NCBI GenBank assembly: GCA_016840465.1 | Contig: JAEOSH010000002.1 | Location: forward strand, 1-32,000 | Length of the DNA stretch: 32,000 nucleotides | Source: Candidatus Baldrarchaeum yapensis | Lineage (GTDB): Archaea > Asgardarchaeota > Baldrarchaeia > Baldrarchaeales > Baldrarchaeaceae | Direction: 5' to 3' | Shown: positions 9,038 to 19,849 of the stretch, piece after piece | Layout: the number at the start of each line of letters is the position of its first letter | Numbering within the stretch: the first letter of the stretch is position 1 | Position numbers and translations under genes: made by a program | The notes under the pieces: generated by a model | Databases searched by the model: none | Told to the model about the DNA's origin: nothing | Seen by the model: only the letters and a program-made list of their open reading frames with translations

Positions 9038-9334
9038 GTGATTTATTTGAAAAAGGTGCCTATAGAGGCGTTATTTTCATCAAGGGGGCGTGTAAAGATC
9101 ATAAAAATACTTGCAAAAGAGGGAGAGTTAAACATCTCCGAGATAGTACGTAGAACTAAGCTTAATCATAGTACTGTATATCAACATCTCATGTTTTTAG
9201 AGAGTATAGGAATAGTTCAGGAGAAAACTTTCGGTAGGATAAAAATATACAGATTTAAAGACGAAAATATTAAGGCAAGAGCCCTTAAGAAGTTCATAGA
9301 AGTTTGGGAGGAGTGGGACAAAAACGAATATTGA
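9038..9334 (+). CDS. Winged-helix (ArsR-like) DNA-binding protein
   Basis: LFSSRGRVKIIKIL...ELNISEIVRRTKLNHSTVYQHLMFLESIGIVQEKTFGRIKIY; abuts cdc6. Confidence 0.85.
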   Translation: MIYLKKVPIEALFSSRGRVKIIKILAKEGELNISEIVRRTKLNHSTVYQHLMFLESIGIVQEKTFGRIKIYRFKDENIKARALKKFIEVWEEWDKNEY

Positions 9335-9343
9335 GGTAAAATA

Positions 9344-10132
9344 ATGAGCAAAAAGATTGCGCTTTTGGTGTCATACTTGGGGTGTGGCTACTTCGGTTTT
9401 CAATTACAAAAGGAAAAGATGACTGTTGAGAGGGTTCTACTTAATGTATTAAGCGAAGCAAAACTACTCAATGAAAATCAGAGGTTGGAATTTGCCAGCA
9501 GAACTGATACAGGAGTACACGCGTTATGCCAAGTAGTGTCATTTCTTCCGAGGAAATCATTTGAGCCTTCCGATATAGACAATTTGAATTCCCTATTACC
9601 TGATAATATCAAAATTTGGGGATATTCTTATGTTGACAAATCCTTTAATCCACGATATGACGCTTTATATCGTCATTATGTCTTTTTAAAACCATATGAA
9701 GGCGAAAATGTGCTCTTAATGAACGCATTTGCTAAATTTTTTCTTGGTCAACATGATTTTAGAAAGTTCATTATAAGACCCGTACCTAAGAATACCTTCA
9801 GGAGAGTTTATCAAATAACATGTAATGTATGGCGTGACTTTTTGAGAATAGACGTTGTCGGAAGAAGTTTCGCGCGAGGAATGATAAAATCGATAGTATC
9901 GGCACTGCTGATATCTTCGATAAACAAAAATTTTATTTATAAGTTCAGGTACTTGGCTAGTCCGATATCTAGGACAATTTTTCCCATTCCCAAAAAGAAG
10001 TATGGAACTGGACTCATATTATTTGATGTATGTTATCCGTCCGATGTTTCGTTTATAAAGATAGAAAATATCAGAAATTATATGTTTAGAAAAATTGTCG
10101 AGTATATTAGTGGGTATATTGAGGGGTGTTAG
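9344..10132 (+). CDS. truA: tRNA pseudouridine(38-40) synthase
   Basis: SYLG.GYFGFQ.Q, catalytic ASRTDTGVHA, LNSLLP, FNPRYDA..RHY, GQHDF. Confidence 0.9.
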   Translation: MSKKIALLVSYLGCGYFGFQLQKEKMTVERVLLNVLSEAKLLNENQRLEFASRTDTGVHALCQVVSFLPRKSFEPSDIDNLNSLLPDNIKIWGYSYVDKSFNPRYDALYRHYVFLKPYEGENVLLMNAFAKFFLGQHDFRKFIIRPVPKNTFRRVYQITCNVWRDFLRIDVVGRSFARGMIKSIVSALLISSINKNFIYKFRYLASPISRTIFPIPKKKYGTGLILFDVCYPSDVSFIKIENIRNYMFRKIVEYISGYIEGC

Positions 10133-11358
10133 ACTCTACTTGCCTTTTTTATGTATTCTATCTCATTCTTGTTAAAGTCGAACCATTTAAGCAATTTTTC
10201 GCCTATACTTGGATTTACTCTGTTTATGATCACTATATAAGGTAGATACTCCGTAATTGCACGCTTAACGGATACATGACATCTTCTTTTTATTTTCTCA
10301 CCAATGGAGTTGAGAATTTCACGTTCCTCCTTTGTTTTGCTCATCTCTTTTATCAACGAGGGAAAATTATATTTCACAAATTTGAATCTCGATCTTGTTC
10401 TTGCGAGAGCAACTCCAGCGGTCATGAGATCCATAGCGTATGATAGCAATTTCCAGTTCTGCTCCCTATGAATTCTCCCGAGATAGACATCAGCCCTTGA
10501 TAAAGCGTCATAAGCATTTGCCAGTTCGAGGGGATCCTCCATGTGATGTGGAATATTTTCGTTTATCCATTGCAATAGCATTTCATAGTCAACATCGGCC
10601 ATACCCGCCGCAATTATTGCTCTCCGTGCGCTCTGAGATGCGAATATCATACGTAAAACTTCGAATATATTCTGTTCTCTATCACGTTTTGCTAAAAGCA
10701 TAAGGTCCTCCTTTGTAATGGTTTTCTTTCCCCTTGCAATGGCCTCAAGATCGTTAATTGCAGATCGCAAGTCGCCCTCGGCATTTTTCGCTATCATTTT
10801 TAGAATTTCAGGAGATACCGTAATGCCCTCTTTTGCGCAAATGGCCTTTAAGATTCTAATAATTTCTGTTTCACGCACCTTTTTGTACTCTATCAATTCA
10901 CAAACACTACGGAGTGAACTTAGTTTCGGATCCCACGCATCATTTGCTGTTAGAACAACAGGTGCTTGTGTAGACTTTATTACATCAATTATGGCTTTAA
11001 GTCCTCCTCTATCTTCACGCGCAGATACGCCATCAACTTCATCGATTAATATGATTTTTCCCTTTTTCCCGAAAAGGGACATTTGCATTGCGGCAGAGCC
11101 AGCAATTCTCATTATGGATTTTGCATCTCTCACGTCGCTTGCATTCATTTCTACAACTTCGTAACCCAGTTCTCTAGCAATAACATATACACTAATGGTC
11201 TTTCCAGTGCCTGGTGGGCCGTAAATTAATGCCACCTTTCCACCAGGCTTCCAAGTTTTTATAAAATTTAGCAACTTCAAGACAGCATCTTTATTTACAA
11301 GCTCGTCTATCCTCTTAGGTGCATGTTTTATCGTCCAAGGAGCTTCATTCTTTTCCAT
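10129..11358 (-). CDS. rfcL: Replication factor C large subunit
   Basis: [68 protein letters not shown]. Confidence 0.95.
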   Translation of the reverse strand: MEKNEAPWTIKHAPKRIDELVNKDAVLKLLNFIKTWKPGGKVALIYGPPGTGKTISVYVIARELGYEVVEMNASDVRDAKSIMRIAGSAAMQMSLFGKKGKIILIDEVDGVSAREDRGGLKAIIDVIKSTQAPVVLTANDAWDPKLSSLRSVCELIEYKKVRETEIIRILKAICAKEGITVSPEILKMIAKNAEGDLRSAINDLEAIARGKKTITKEDLMLLAKRDREQNIFEVLRMIFASQSARRAIIAAGMADVDYEMLLQWINENIPHHMEDPLELANAYDALSRADVYLGRIHREQNWKLLSYAMDLMTAGVALARTRSRFKFVKYNFPSLIKEMSKTKEEREILNSIGEKIKRRCHVSVKRAITEYLPYIVIINRVNPSIGEKLLKWFDFNKNEIEYIKKASRV

Positions 11359-12332
11359 TAAAGTCCCCTCTTTATCTGACTGCCTGCGAGAGCAAATTGA
11401 GCAAGTAATGCACTTAACTGGATTTCTTCATGTGCACCCTCACTTATTCTAAAGTCTATTTCGCCCGTTACGTCAGCAAGTCTTACTTTCCATGCTTCTG
11501 GGAGGTCCAAATTGAATATTTCCCTATGGATCTGCCTTATGATGTCTATACCTGACAGACCATACCTTATTAACAACTCTCTCAACTTTGCTCTAGCGTC
11601 CAGGAACTTTCCATCGAGAGCCATTTTTAACATTTCACGAACTTCCTCTGGGCGTGCCCTTCCCGTTACCTTATATACGGTTTCCGCATCTATAACCTTG
11701 CCCAGCGCCGCCGCTGCCTGTAAGGTGTTTATTGCTCGTCTCATATCCCCCTCTGCGATGTAAAGAATAGCGTTGATAGCGTCATCCGTTACCTCAATTC
11801 CCTCCTGTTCTGCAATCCATCTTAGTCTTTTTGCGATGTCTTCATCTTTTAATGGTGCGAAACGAAATATTGCACACCTACTCTGAATAGGTTCTATTAT
11901 TTTCGAGGAGTAGTTACATATGAGGATGAACCTGCATGTTCTTGTGTATCTCTCCATGGTCCTACGAAGGGCTTGTTGTGCGTCAGCCGTCATGTTATCG
12001 GCCTCATCCAACGCTATGATTTTAAAGGGAGCACCACCATAAGGTGCCGTTCGCGCAAATTCCTTCACAGTGGTTCTAATAACATCAATACCACGTGCAT
12101 CACTTGCATTTAACTCCATGAAGTTCGCGTCCATAGTATCTTGGAATAGTTCTCTTGCTAAGCAGAGAGCAGCAGTCGTTTTCCCAGTTCCTGGTGGACC
12201 CGCGAACAGACAATGAGGCATCGACCTCTGCTCTACAAAACTCTTAAGTCTCTTCACAATCTCCTCTTGATTCACTATATCATCAAGCACTCTTGGCCTG
12301 TACTTTTCTGTCCACATGATTTCCTCGGCCAT
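11358..12332 (-). CDS. rfcS: Replication factor C small subunit (no intein)
   Basis: [67 protein letters not shown]. Confidence 0.97.
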   Translation of the reverse strand: MAEEIMWTEKYRPRVLDDIVNQEEIVKRLKSFVEQRSMPHCLFAGPPGTGKTTAALCLARELFQDTMDANFMELNASDARGIDVIRTTVKEFARTAPYGGAPFKIIALDEADNMTADAQQALRRTMERYTRTCRFILICNYSSKIIEPIQSRCAIFRFAPLKDEDIAKRLRWIAEQEGIEVTDDAINAILYIAEGDMRRAINTLQAAAALGKVIDAETVYKVTGRARPEEVREMLKMALDGKFLDARAKLRELLIRYGLSGIDIIRQIHREIFNLDLPEAWKVRLADVTGEIDFRISEGAHEEIQLSALLAQFALAGSQIKRGL

Positions 12333-12470
12333 CTTTAAACTTCCCCCGCTACACGTTCCTAGAACTCTGAGGATATATATGATGTTGTTCTCGCAGAATT
12401 ACCATTTCGATAGAGTTATCCGTTATTAGGAAAGCCATTTGTGTTATAAAGATTTTTAGAACGGAAAATG

Positions 12471-12899
12471 TTAGATGTCAAGAACAAATCTAATAACATA
12501 ACGGTCTTTCTCCTTTTTTATCTCCATTTGCGCATAGGTTACCGCTTTTACCTCGGTCCCCCTTGTATGCTTCTTTTCATCAAATCTTTCGCCCGTAACC
12601 TCAGCCTCTAACTCATACTCTTTACCGACCTTTCTTATTCTTTTGACATTAAATTTTGAAAACAACAACAATTCTGTATTAAATATGAACAGCAATTCTT
12701 CAAGCCACATGTACAGCAATGCGTAAAGATCTTCCGCTCTCACATGTACTTCTCTCGTTTCTCTCGGCTCCACCTTCGCCGTGTCGGTCATCACTTCGAA
12801 CATTCCATGTGCGGCCCATCCAAAAGCCTCTTCTAACGTTTCACCCCAAGCCTCTATAAGCACGTCTGCTGTATGGTCAAGAAATCTAAAACCACCCAT
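12471..12899 (-). CDS. Archease (RtcB tRNA ligase cofactor)
   Basis: FRFLDHTAD, WGETLEEAF, EVKAVTY, and C-terminal FVLDI. Confidence 0.95.
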   Translation of the reverse strand: MGGFRFLDHTADVLIEAWGETLEEAFGWAAHGMFEVMTDTAKVEPRETREVHVRAEDLYALLYMWLEELLFIFNTELLLFSKFNVKRIRKVGKEYELEAEVTGERFDEKKHTRGTEVKAVTYAQMEIKKEKDRYVIRFVLDI

Positions 12900-12930
12900 T
12901 TAAACCACGCTCAAAGCATTAAATAATAAA

Positions 12931-13020
12931 TGGCGCCGGGGGCGGGATTCGAACCCGCGCGGCCCCCGAGGGGCCACGGGCTCTCAAGGCCCGCGCCGTG
13001 GTCCACTTGGCTACCCCGGC
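12931..13020 (-). tRNA. tRNA-Ser (anticodon TGA), long variable arm, CCA encoded, no intron
   Basis: Reverse complement GCCGGGGTAGCCAAGTGGACCACGGCGCGGGC-CT-TGA-GA-GCCCGT-GGCCCCTCGGGGGCC-GCGCGGGTTCGAATCCCGCCCCCGGCGCCA. Confidence 0.96.
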
Positions 13021-13125
13021 AACCTCCGCTCTTTTTTCTTTACATTAACACTCAGATAAATATATCTCTTTGATAAACACTTAAGTCCGTTAGTACACAT
13101 TGCCATACGGATAAGATGAAAATCG

Positions 13126-14016
13126 GTGCTGGCCGTGTTCCCACCACCAAAGAGGAAGACATCGATTGAAGTTTTTATCCCAGCGTCGCTCTTAGAGGAC
13201 TCTCCTGATCTTAAAATGAAGACCATGAAACTTGGTTTTATTGCACGTGCCTTTGCGATCTATCGTGTTGACAAAGTAGTGATATATCCTGATAGGAGTT
13301 TTGATGAACAATATGATGATATGAACTTCATAGAGTTGATATTAAGTTATATGAAAACGCCACAATATCTCAGAAAGCACGTATATCCGTTAATGCCAGA
13401 ATTGAGATATGTGGGATTATTGCCGCCACTTGCAACGCCCAACCATCCATTAGCAAGATCTTCTAGGGACATTTCGGAGGAATATAGGGAGGGATTTGTC
13501 CTTAAGATAAAAGGAGGTGCCGCAATTATAGATGCGGGGCTTGAAAGATACATTACATTAAAACTCTCGTATGTGCCGTCACGGATAAAAGTTGGAGATT
13601 TTGTGCTTCTAAGAGTTTATAGGGATAATGATCGCATTTCTTGCGAGGTTGTAGATAAGAACTCTGTGAGCACTTTCCTTTGCTATGATGTGCAAAAAAT
13701 TCGACATACTATTGGAAAATACTTGCAGAGAAAAAGAAATTATTACGATCTAATAATTGCGACATCGCGCTACGGAGTTCACATTACAAAAATCATGAAT
13801 GAGATAAAAGGGAAACTTAAGAATGCCAGAACAATTGCAGTGCTATTTGGTGGACCATATGAGGGGTTATTTGAGATTCTCAAACGAGAAGGTTTAAGAC
13901 TTGATGAAGTTACCGATTTTATAATCAATACGATACCGTACCAAGGTACTAGGACTGTGAGAACCGAAGAGGCTATACACGCTACACTTGCAATCCTTAA
14001 TATCATCATGCAATAA
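13126..14016 (+). CDS. SPOUT-family RNA methyltransferase (COG2106/MTH1 type)
   Basis: IPASLL, LGFIARAFAIYRV, TPQYLRK, GLLPPLATPNH, IIATSRYG, FGGPYEGL, INTIPYQGTRTVRTEEA; usual position upstream of rpl3. Confidence 0.92.
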   Translation: MLAVFPPPKRKTSIEVFIPASLLEDSPDLKMKTMKLGFIARAFAIYRVDKVVIYPDRSFDEQYDDMNFIELILSYMKTPQYLRKHVYPLMPELRYVGLLPPLATPNHPLARSSRDISEEYREGFVLKIKGGAAIIDAGLERYITLKLSYVPSRIKVGDFVLLRVYRDNDRISCEVVDKNSVSTFLCYDVQKIRHTIGKYLQRKRNYYDLIIATSRYGVHITKIMNEIKGKLKNARTIAVLFGGPYEGLFEILKREGLRLDEVTDFIINTIPYQGTRTVRTEEAIHATLAILNIIMQ

Positions 14017-14081
14017 CTTTTTATCAACGTGTAAGTTAGGATAGGAACGTTCAGATGAATGCAGTAGAAGGGTGAAGATCA

Positions 14082-15101
14082 TTGGGTCATCGCCGGACAC
14101 ATGCACCTAAGCGCGGATCGCTCGCATATCTACCTAGAGGAAGGGCTGCCCGGCCAATTGGCAGAATCAGAAATTGGCCCGAATACGATGGAAAACCGAC
14201 AATATTGGGATTTGCAGCATATAAGGCTGGAATGACACACGCTATTATTGTTGATACAACAAATGAAAAAAGTCCACTTTATGGCCAAGAAGTTGCAAAG
14301 GCGGTCACGATTTTAGATGCACCACCACTCGTAGCGTGTGGGATACGGGCTTATGTTGAAACACCATACGGGTTGAGGACGTTTTCTGAAGTTTGGGCAC
14401 CGGAACTTTATGAAGATCTTTCGAGAGTTTTTCCTCTACCGAAAAAGTATGATTTTGACGCTGCATTGCAAAAGATAGAGGATAACTTGGGGAACATTTC
14501 TGAACTTAGAATGATAGTCCACACACTCCCACGTCTTGCAGCAGGAGTTCCTAAGAAGAAACCTGATATCATGGAATACAAGATAGGAGGAGGGACAATC
14601 GAGGAGCAATGGGAGTATGCAAAGAGTATTCTAGGCTCGGAGATAAGAACTAAGGATGTTCTCAAGGAGGGACAGTACGTAGATGTTATAGCTATCACTA
14701 AGGGTAAAGGATTCGAGGGGCCCGTTAAAAGATGGGGCGTGAAAATACTTCCACGTAAGAAAAGGAAAGGTAGGAGAAAAGTTGGTTCCATAGGTCCCTG
14801 GCATCCAGCGCGTGTTAGTTACACGGTACCCAGAGCAGGACAGCTGGGGTACCACCAGCGTACAGAATACAACAAGTTAATACTTAAGATTGGAGAGTGT
14901 GGAGAGGAGGTTGTTCCCAGCGGTGGTTTTCCGCATTATGGTGTGATAAAAGGAGATTACATAATATTACTTGGGTCAGTACCGGGGCCCGCGAAGAGAC
15001 TTATAAGGTTGCGTTACGCAATAAGGCCACCAGACAACAATCCGTTCATTACACCTCCTAAGATTGTGTATCTCAGTTTATCATCAAAAATTGCAAAATG
15101 A
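14082..15101 (+). CDS. rpl3: 50S ribosomal protein uL3
   Basis: [65 protein letters not shown]. Confidence 0.98.
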   Translation: MGHRRTHAPKRGSLAYLPRGRAARPIGRIRNWPEYDGKPTILGFAAYKAGMTHAIIVDTTNEKSPLYGQEVAKAVTILDAPPLVACGIRAYVETPYGLRTFSEVWAPELYEDLSRVFPLPKKYDFDAALQKIEDNLGNISELRMIVHTLPRLAAGVPKKKPDIMEYKIGGGTIEEQWEYAKSILGSEIRTKDVLKEGQYVDVIAITKGKGFEGPVKRWGVKILPRKKRKGRRKVGSIGPWHPARVSYTVPRAGQLGYHQRTEYNKLILKIGECGEEVVPSGGFPHYGVIKGDYIILLGSVPGPAKRLIRLRYAIRPPDNNPFITPPKIVYLSLSSKIAK

Positions 15102-15112
15102 TGGTGTTAACA

Positions 15113-15889
15113 ATGAAGGTTCATGTATATTCGCTAGAAGGGGAACCCATTAAAGAAATAACGTTACCGGAGGTTTTTAACACACCTCTTCGCCCAGACC
15201 TCATAAGAAGAGCTGTCATATCTGCGATAACAGCCAGAATACAGCCTTACGGCGTCGACAAAATGGCCGGAAAGAGAAAGACCGCTGAAAGTTGGGGGGC
15301 AGGATACGGTCTTGCAAGAGTCCCCCGCATCAAAGGTTGGGGTTATCCGGCTGCTGGAAGGGCTGCCATTGCCCCTATGACTGTCGGGGGAAGAAGAGCA
15401 CATCCACCAGTTCCAGAAAAGAAAATATGGGAGAGAATAAACAAAAAGGAGAGACTCTTAGCGCTAAAATCGGCAATTGCAGCAACTGCAAATATAGATC
15501 TTGTGAGGCGAAGAGGGCATATTGTGGACGAAGTGCCCGAATTGCCTTTAGTGATCTCGGATGAGTTTCAGAAAATCAAAAAGACTAGGGAGGCTCGTGA
15601 GATTTTTATGAAATTGGGATTATGGCCGGATCTTGTCCGTGCAAAAGAGGGTGTCAGAATACGTGCGGGAATAGGGAAGATGCGAGGGCGAAAGTACAAG
15701 AAACCCAAAGGACCTTTGATTGTGGTATACGAGGATAATGGTATTGTTAAGGCGATAAGAAACTTTCCTGGAGTTGATGTGGTGACTGTCAACTTATTAA
15801 ACGTGGAGATATTGGCACCAGGGGCTCATCCAGGACGACTCACTCTTTGGACGGAATCTGCAATTAATTACCTCAATCACTGGCCTTAA
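15113..15889 (+). CDS. rpl4: 50S ribosomal protein uL4
   Basis: [50 protein letters not shown]. Start may instead be 15098. Confidence 0.97.
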   Translation: MKVHVYSLEGEPIKEITLPEVFNTPLRPDLIRRAVISAITARIQPYGVDKMAGKRKTAESWGAGYGLARVPRIKGWGYPAAGRAAIAPMTVGGRRAHPPVPEKKIWERINKKERLLALKSAIAATANIDLVRRRGHIVDEVPELPLVISDEFQKIKKTREAREIFMKLGLWPDLVRAKEGVRIRAGIGKMRGRKYKKPKGPLIVVYEDNGIVKAIRNFPGVDVVTVNLLNVEILAPGAHPGRLTLWTESAINYLNHWP

Positions 15890-15901
15890 AGGTGATAATG
15901 C

Positions 15902-16171
15902 ATGAAATTCGACCCATATAGTATCATACTTGGGATTGTGATGACCGAGAAAACACACAGATTGATGGAGATGGAAAACAAATTGACATTTATCGTCAGA
16001 AGAGATGCAAATAAAACTATGATTAAGCGTGCTGTTGAGGAGTTGTTTGGCGTTAAGGTGGAGAAGGTAAATACTTTGATAATGCCGGATGGTAAGAAAA
16101 AGGCTTACGTTAAGCTGAAACCTGAGTATAGCGCCGTCGATGTTGCGTCAAAAATGGGCGTGTTAATATAA
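15902..16171 (+). CDS. rpl23: 50S ribosomal protein uL23
   Basis: TEK...ENKLTFIV...[25 protein letters not shown]...KKAYVKL. Confidence 0.97.
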   Translation: MKFDPYSIILGIVMTEKTHRLMEMENKLTFIVRRDANKTMIKRAVEELFGVKVEKVNTLIMPDGKKKAYVKLKPEYSAVDVASKMGVLI

Positions 16172-16192
16172 TAATCACATGAGGGGTTAGAA

Positions 16193-16912
16193 ATGGGTAA
16201 AAGGATACTAGTCCAGAGGAAAGGAAGAGGAGGACCAACATTCAGAGCGCCTTCACACAAGAGAATAGCACCTGTGAAATATCCGCCGCTCGATCCAAAT
16301 GTTACGATAAAGGGCAAAGTCGTCGATCTGGTTCACGAGCCTGGAAGATGCATGCCTGTTGCATTTATCAAATTGGAAAACGGACAGGAATGCGTATTAT
16401 TGCCGCATGAGGGATGTTATATAGGAGAGGAGATAGTGATAGGAGCAAATGCGCCCATCAAGATGGGCAATATACTCCCCTTGAAGGCAATTCCTGAAGG
16501 AACCCCCATATTCAATATTGAGAGCGAGCCAGGGGACGGCGGGAAATTTGTAAGGGCCTCAGGCACCTATGCTGTAATAACGACAAAAACTGCAACTAGC
16601 GTTTATGTGCAATTGCCATCGGGAAAAGTTAGAGAATTTCATCCTAACTGTCGTGCAACAATTGGTGTAGTCGCTGGTGGTGGAAGAACTGAGAAGCCAT
16701 TTGTGAAAGCGGGTAAAGTTTACCATCTATCTAAGGCCAAAAGTTGGAAATGGCCAGTGGTCAGGGGCGTTGCCATGAACCCTGTAGCGCACCCACACGG
16801 TGGTGGTAGTCATCAATCGCCTAGAAAACCCACCACAGTTTCGAGGAATGCTCCTCCGGGAAGAAAAGTTGGTCACATTGCTGCTAGGAGAACTGGACGC
16901 AAGAAGAAATAA
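16193..16912 (+). CDS. rpl2: 50S ribosomal protein uL2
   Basis: MGKRILVQRKGRG, HEPGR, GDGGKFVRASG, GGGRTEKPFVKAG, WPVVRGVAMNPVAHPHGGG, RKVGHIAARRTG. Confidence 0.98.
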   Translation: MGKRILVQRKGRGGPTFRAPSHKRIAPVKYPPLDPNVTIKGKVVDLVHEPGRCMPVAFIKLENGQECVLLPHEGCYIGEEIVIGANAPIKMGNILPLKAIPEGTPIFNIESEPGDGGKFVRASGTYAVITTKTATSVYVQLPSGKVREFHPNCRATIGVVAGGGRTEKPFVKAGKVYHLSKAKSWKWPVVRGVAMNPVAHPHGGGSHQSPRKPTTVSRNAPPGRKVGHIAARRTGRKKK

Positions 16913-17176
16913 CCATCCATTTTTGTCTTGTTATTAGAAATTTATACCGTCAAAAATTTTCCGATTATCAAAAATTTGCAATTTTTACATTGGATCATCA
17001 TTTCTAACTCATTATTGTCTACAACATTTATGATTCGATTATAACGTATGCGACGATTCTTTCCTATAGAGGTACTACTTTATCTTTACCGATATTCCCT
17101 TGCTATTCCTAAACTATTTATACAAACGTCACTGCTAACTTATTGTACCATATTGCGGAGAATGGAGGTTATGAAA

Positions 17177-17341
17177 ATGAAATTAATAACAGTGCACATA
17201 CCCGAGGCCTATCTCAAAGGGCTTGATGAACTTGTCAAGAATAAAATGTACCCCAACAGAAGTGAGGCAATTCGTGTAGCAATTAGGGATTTGCTGAAAA
17301 GGGAACTTTGGAGGAACAATATCGATGTCTGTGAGGTGTGA
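17177..17341 (+). CDS. cdrS: Ribbon-helix-helix regulator CdrS (54 aa) upstream of ftsZ
   Basis: MKLITVHIP..YL..LDELV....YPNRSEAIRVAIRDLL is the RHH pattern. GGAGGT SD lies 7 nt before ATG 17177, and the gene sits directly upstream of ftsZ as in the conserved archaeal cdrS-ftsZ2 pair. Confidence 0.88.
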   Translation: MKLITVHIPEAYLKGLDELVKNKMYPNRSEAIRVAIRDLLKRELWRNNIDVCEV

Positions 17342-17347
17342 TCGCCG

Positions 17348-18553
17348 TTGAAATTCCTCATAAAAGACGCAGTTTCGCATTCAAAACTCGAGGGGCATAG
17401 ATCTTATAGCAGGGAACCTGGAAGAGCGCGAATAGTCGTAATAGGTACAGGAGGGGCTGGAAACAACACAATTAACAGATTAATGACGATAGGAATCCAA
17501 GGGGCTGAGTGCATAGCCGTTAATACCGACAAACAGCATCTAGACAGCATAAAAGCTCACAGGAAGATCCTAATTGGGGAAAATTTGACACATGGGCTCG
17601 GAACTGGAGGTTTTCCGGAGATTGGTGCAGCGGCTGCGGAGGAAAGTAGAGACGTGCTGGAGGACGTATTAAGAGATGCGGATCTCGTATTTATAGCTGC
17701 AGGAATGGGTGGAGGAACCGGAACCGGAAGTGCGCCTGTTATTGCAGAAATTGCTAAAGAGGCCGGCGCAATTGTAGTGGGAGTTGTCACAATGCCGTTT
17801 CATATAGAGAAGGCACGGATAAAGAAAGCAAAGGAAGGTCTTAAAAGACTGTTGCAACGAGCCGATACGGTGGTTGTGATAGACAATAATAGACTGCTCG
17901 ATCTGGTACCTGACTTGCCGATTGAGGAGGCATTTAGTGTTGCTGACGAAATACTTGCAAATATGGTGAAGGGGATCACTGAGACAATAGCCTTACCATC
18001 ATTGATAAATTTAGACTTCGCGGATGTACGGGCAATAATGTCAAATGGCGGCGTTGCAATGGTAGGGATAGGAGAAGGAGAGGGTAAGGATAGGGGCAGA
18101 GAGGCTGTGAAAAATGCAATATTTAACCCGTTACTCGACGTTGACATAACAGGTGCAAAGGGCGCGCTTGTTCACGTGAGCGGCAGCCTTAATATGACCC
18201 TGAAGGAGGCAGCCATGTGCGCAGAGTTCGTCGCAGAAAAAATGGATGATAACGCACGTATAATTTGGGGTGCACGTATAGATCCAACTTTGGATCCCGA
18301 TGTGCTGAGATGCATATTGATAGTAACTGGTGTAAAGAGTCCGCACATACTTGGAAGGAACAGTAATGACAATGAGGAATTATTTAAGGAAAGGTATGGA
18401 AGCTTGGATGAGGAGGATGATTCATTAGATTTGCTGGATGCAGGATTTCAGCCGCCTAACTATTTAAAGGCGGTACTTAAGGGAAAGAGATTCCAGAAAA
18501 GACAACCAAGGTTCGAACTCGAGAAATACATAACTCCATTAAAATCAAAATGA
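17348..18553 (+). CDS. ftsZ: Cell division protein FtsZ (probably FtsZ2 type by its link to cdrS)
   Basis: [15 protein letters not shown], tubulin signature [30 protein letters not shown], and ILIVTG. Confidence 0.97.
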   Translation: MKFLIKDAVSHSKLEGHRSYSREPGRARIVVIGTGGAGNNTINRLMTIGIQGAECIAVNTDKQHLDSIKAHRKILIGENLTHGLGTGGFPEIGAAAAEESRDVLEDVLRDADLVFIAAGMGGGTGTGSAPVIAEIAKEAGAIVVGVVTMPFHIEKARIKKAKEGLKRLLQRADTVVVIDNNRLLDLVPDLPIEEAFSVADEILANMVKGITETIALPSLINLDFADVRAIMSNGGVAMVGIGEGEGKDRGREAVKNAIFNPLLDVDITGAKGALVHVSGSLNMTLKEAAMCAEFVAEKMDDNARIIWGARIDPTLDPDVLRCILIVTGVKSPHILGRNSNDNEELFKERYGSLDEEDDSLDLLDAGFQPPNYLKAVLKGKRFQKRQPRFELEKYITPLKSK

Positions 18554-18591
18554 TTACTGCAATGTGTTTCCTAACTACACTACCATTGTAT

Positions 18592-19802
18592 TAGTACCTC
18601 TGGACCTTTCTGAAGAATGAACATTTATAGTTTATTCCTCCATTCACGCCACCTCCCATCGTGCGGCGAAACGCGCACCGGCGAGCGACCGAAATGCGGT
18701 ACGGTGGGCGCGACACTAAGCAATATCATGCAAACTCTAAACATCAGCCGGAGGCGGACCCGCATCGACCTCCCACTAGAAGAAGAGCAAAATAAGCGCA
18801 TCAAGAAAACATGTGTGGCTCGTCGGGGCCGGATCACAGCGCGAAATCAGGTAAACATATGAAAAATAAATGACCGCAGAAACAAGTAACCAAAAACCAT
18901 CTAAGCGCAACGCTGCGCGAGCACGTCCGCGCCCTTTGCACCTTCACCATTCTATTACGCGTCTCAACGCCCACCTCCGCCAGTACTCCAAAGCATCGCC
19001 CAACGATAAGTCACGGCACACAATCACAATCCGCTTCCCCGCGCCGGTAAACAACGAGATCGACCCTTATCTGCCTCCTTCCGCCGCTCGCGCTCACAAC
19101 GTACGGAACAACGTGCGGACCGTCGCCGCTCAGACCCTTCAGAACCCTCTTTATGCCCGCCGTCCTCCTGGCGGCGATTGCAAATGAAGTATTCCTTCTC
19201 GCGAGAACCTCCATGACCTCCACGGAGAAAAAGCCGCAATCCGTGTAGACCCTCTTGATTCCGAACCCCAGCCTCTCGATGTCATGAAGCACCGTCTCCA
19301 CGGCGTCGGCGTGATTGTCGAACATGGAGAGGGGCCGTCGATGGCGGCCGCCACAACATACCTGTGCACGTAGCACCTCCTGGTAGGTGAGTGGTGGACC
19401 CACTCGTCGCGCGTGCCGAAGTAGGGAACTTCAATTATGTCGATCGTGATCGACCCTTCTGCGGCACAGCACTCCGGCGGCGATCTCCCCGAGGGTCTCG
19501 TTGATCTTCTCGGCGTCGCGCATTCCTATTTTCCTCAGTTGGAACGCCACTGAGTCGGGATGCACATGAAGTGGCCACGCGGCGGGTGTCACGAAGTCGT
19601 CGGAGACAGTAGCCTTCGTCAGGAACCAGGAGAGAGCCTCCCGATGGGGCTTGTAGCCACGTATGGAGCACGAGAGCACCCTTGCGATCGCCGATGCGCG
19701 TTTTGCCTTTTCGATGTTGTACCGGGCTCTCATACTTTTAAGTGCCAATGAGCAGCCGCATAACCCCTTCGCATTCTCCGAGAAGAAGCTTCAGAAGTAC
19801 TA
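18592..19802 (-). mobile_element. Decayed ISH3-like (IS4-related DDE) insertion sequence, 1211 bp, imperfect 17-bp TIRs, 6-bp TSD TTGTAT
   Basis: Left TIR TAGTACCTCTGGACCTT (18592-18608) matches the reverse complement of the right TIR TAGTACTTCTGAAGCTT (19786-19802) at 14/17. TTGTAT flanks both sides (18586-18591, 19803-19808). The interior is GC-rich. Confidence 0.85.
18625..19748 (-). pseudogene. Frameshifted DDE transposase of the IS
   Basis: Fragments spread over changing frames: ITIDIIEVPYFG (first D), HRYVVAAAID, RVYTDCGFFSVEV (second D), and EYWRRW/GVETRNRMVK (YxxRWxxE motif). Several frameshifts and stops are present. Confidence 0.82.
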
Positions 19803-19849
19803 TTGTATATCAAATTTCTCATCAGTCTAAACCGGTTGTTTAATTTGTT

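Noticed and set aside
466-13020. Introns in the two tRNAs
   Set aside because: Both fold as complete cloverleaves (78 and 90 nt). The extra length of tRNA-Ser is its normal variable arm. The TGA anticodon reads UCA (Ser) and does not indicate tRNA-Sec.
17048-17176. N-terminal extension of CdrS in the ORF track (97 aa)
   Set aside because: The SD motif and RHH domain start point to ATG 17177; the upstream part is AT-rich promoter-like sequence.
18617-19751. Multiple short ORFs on both strands inside the IS as independent genes
   Set aside because: The minus-strand ORFs are fragments of one frameshifted transposase, and the plus-strand ORFs are GC-driven antisense shadows.
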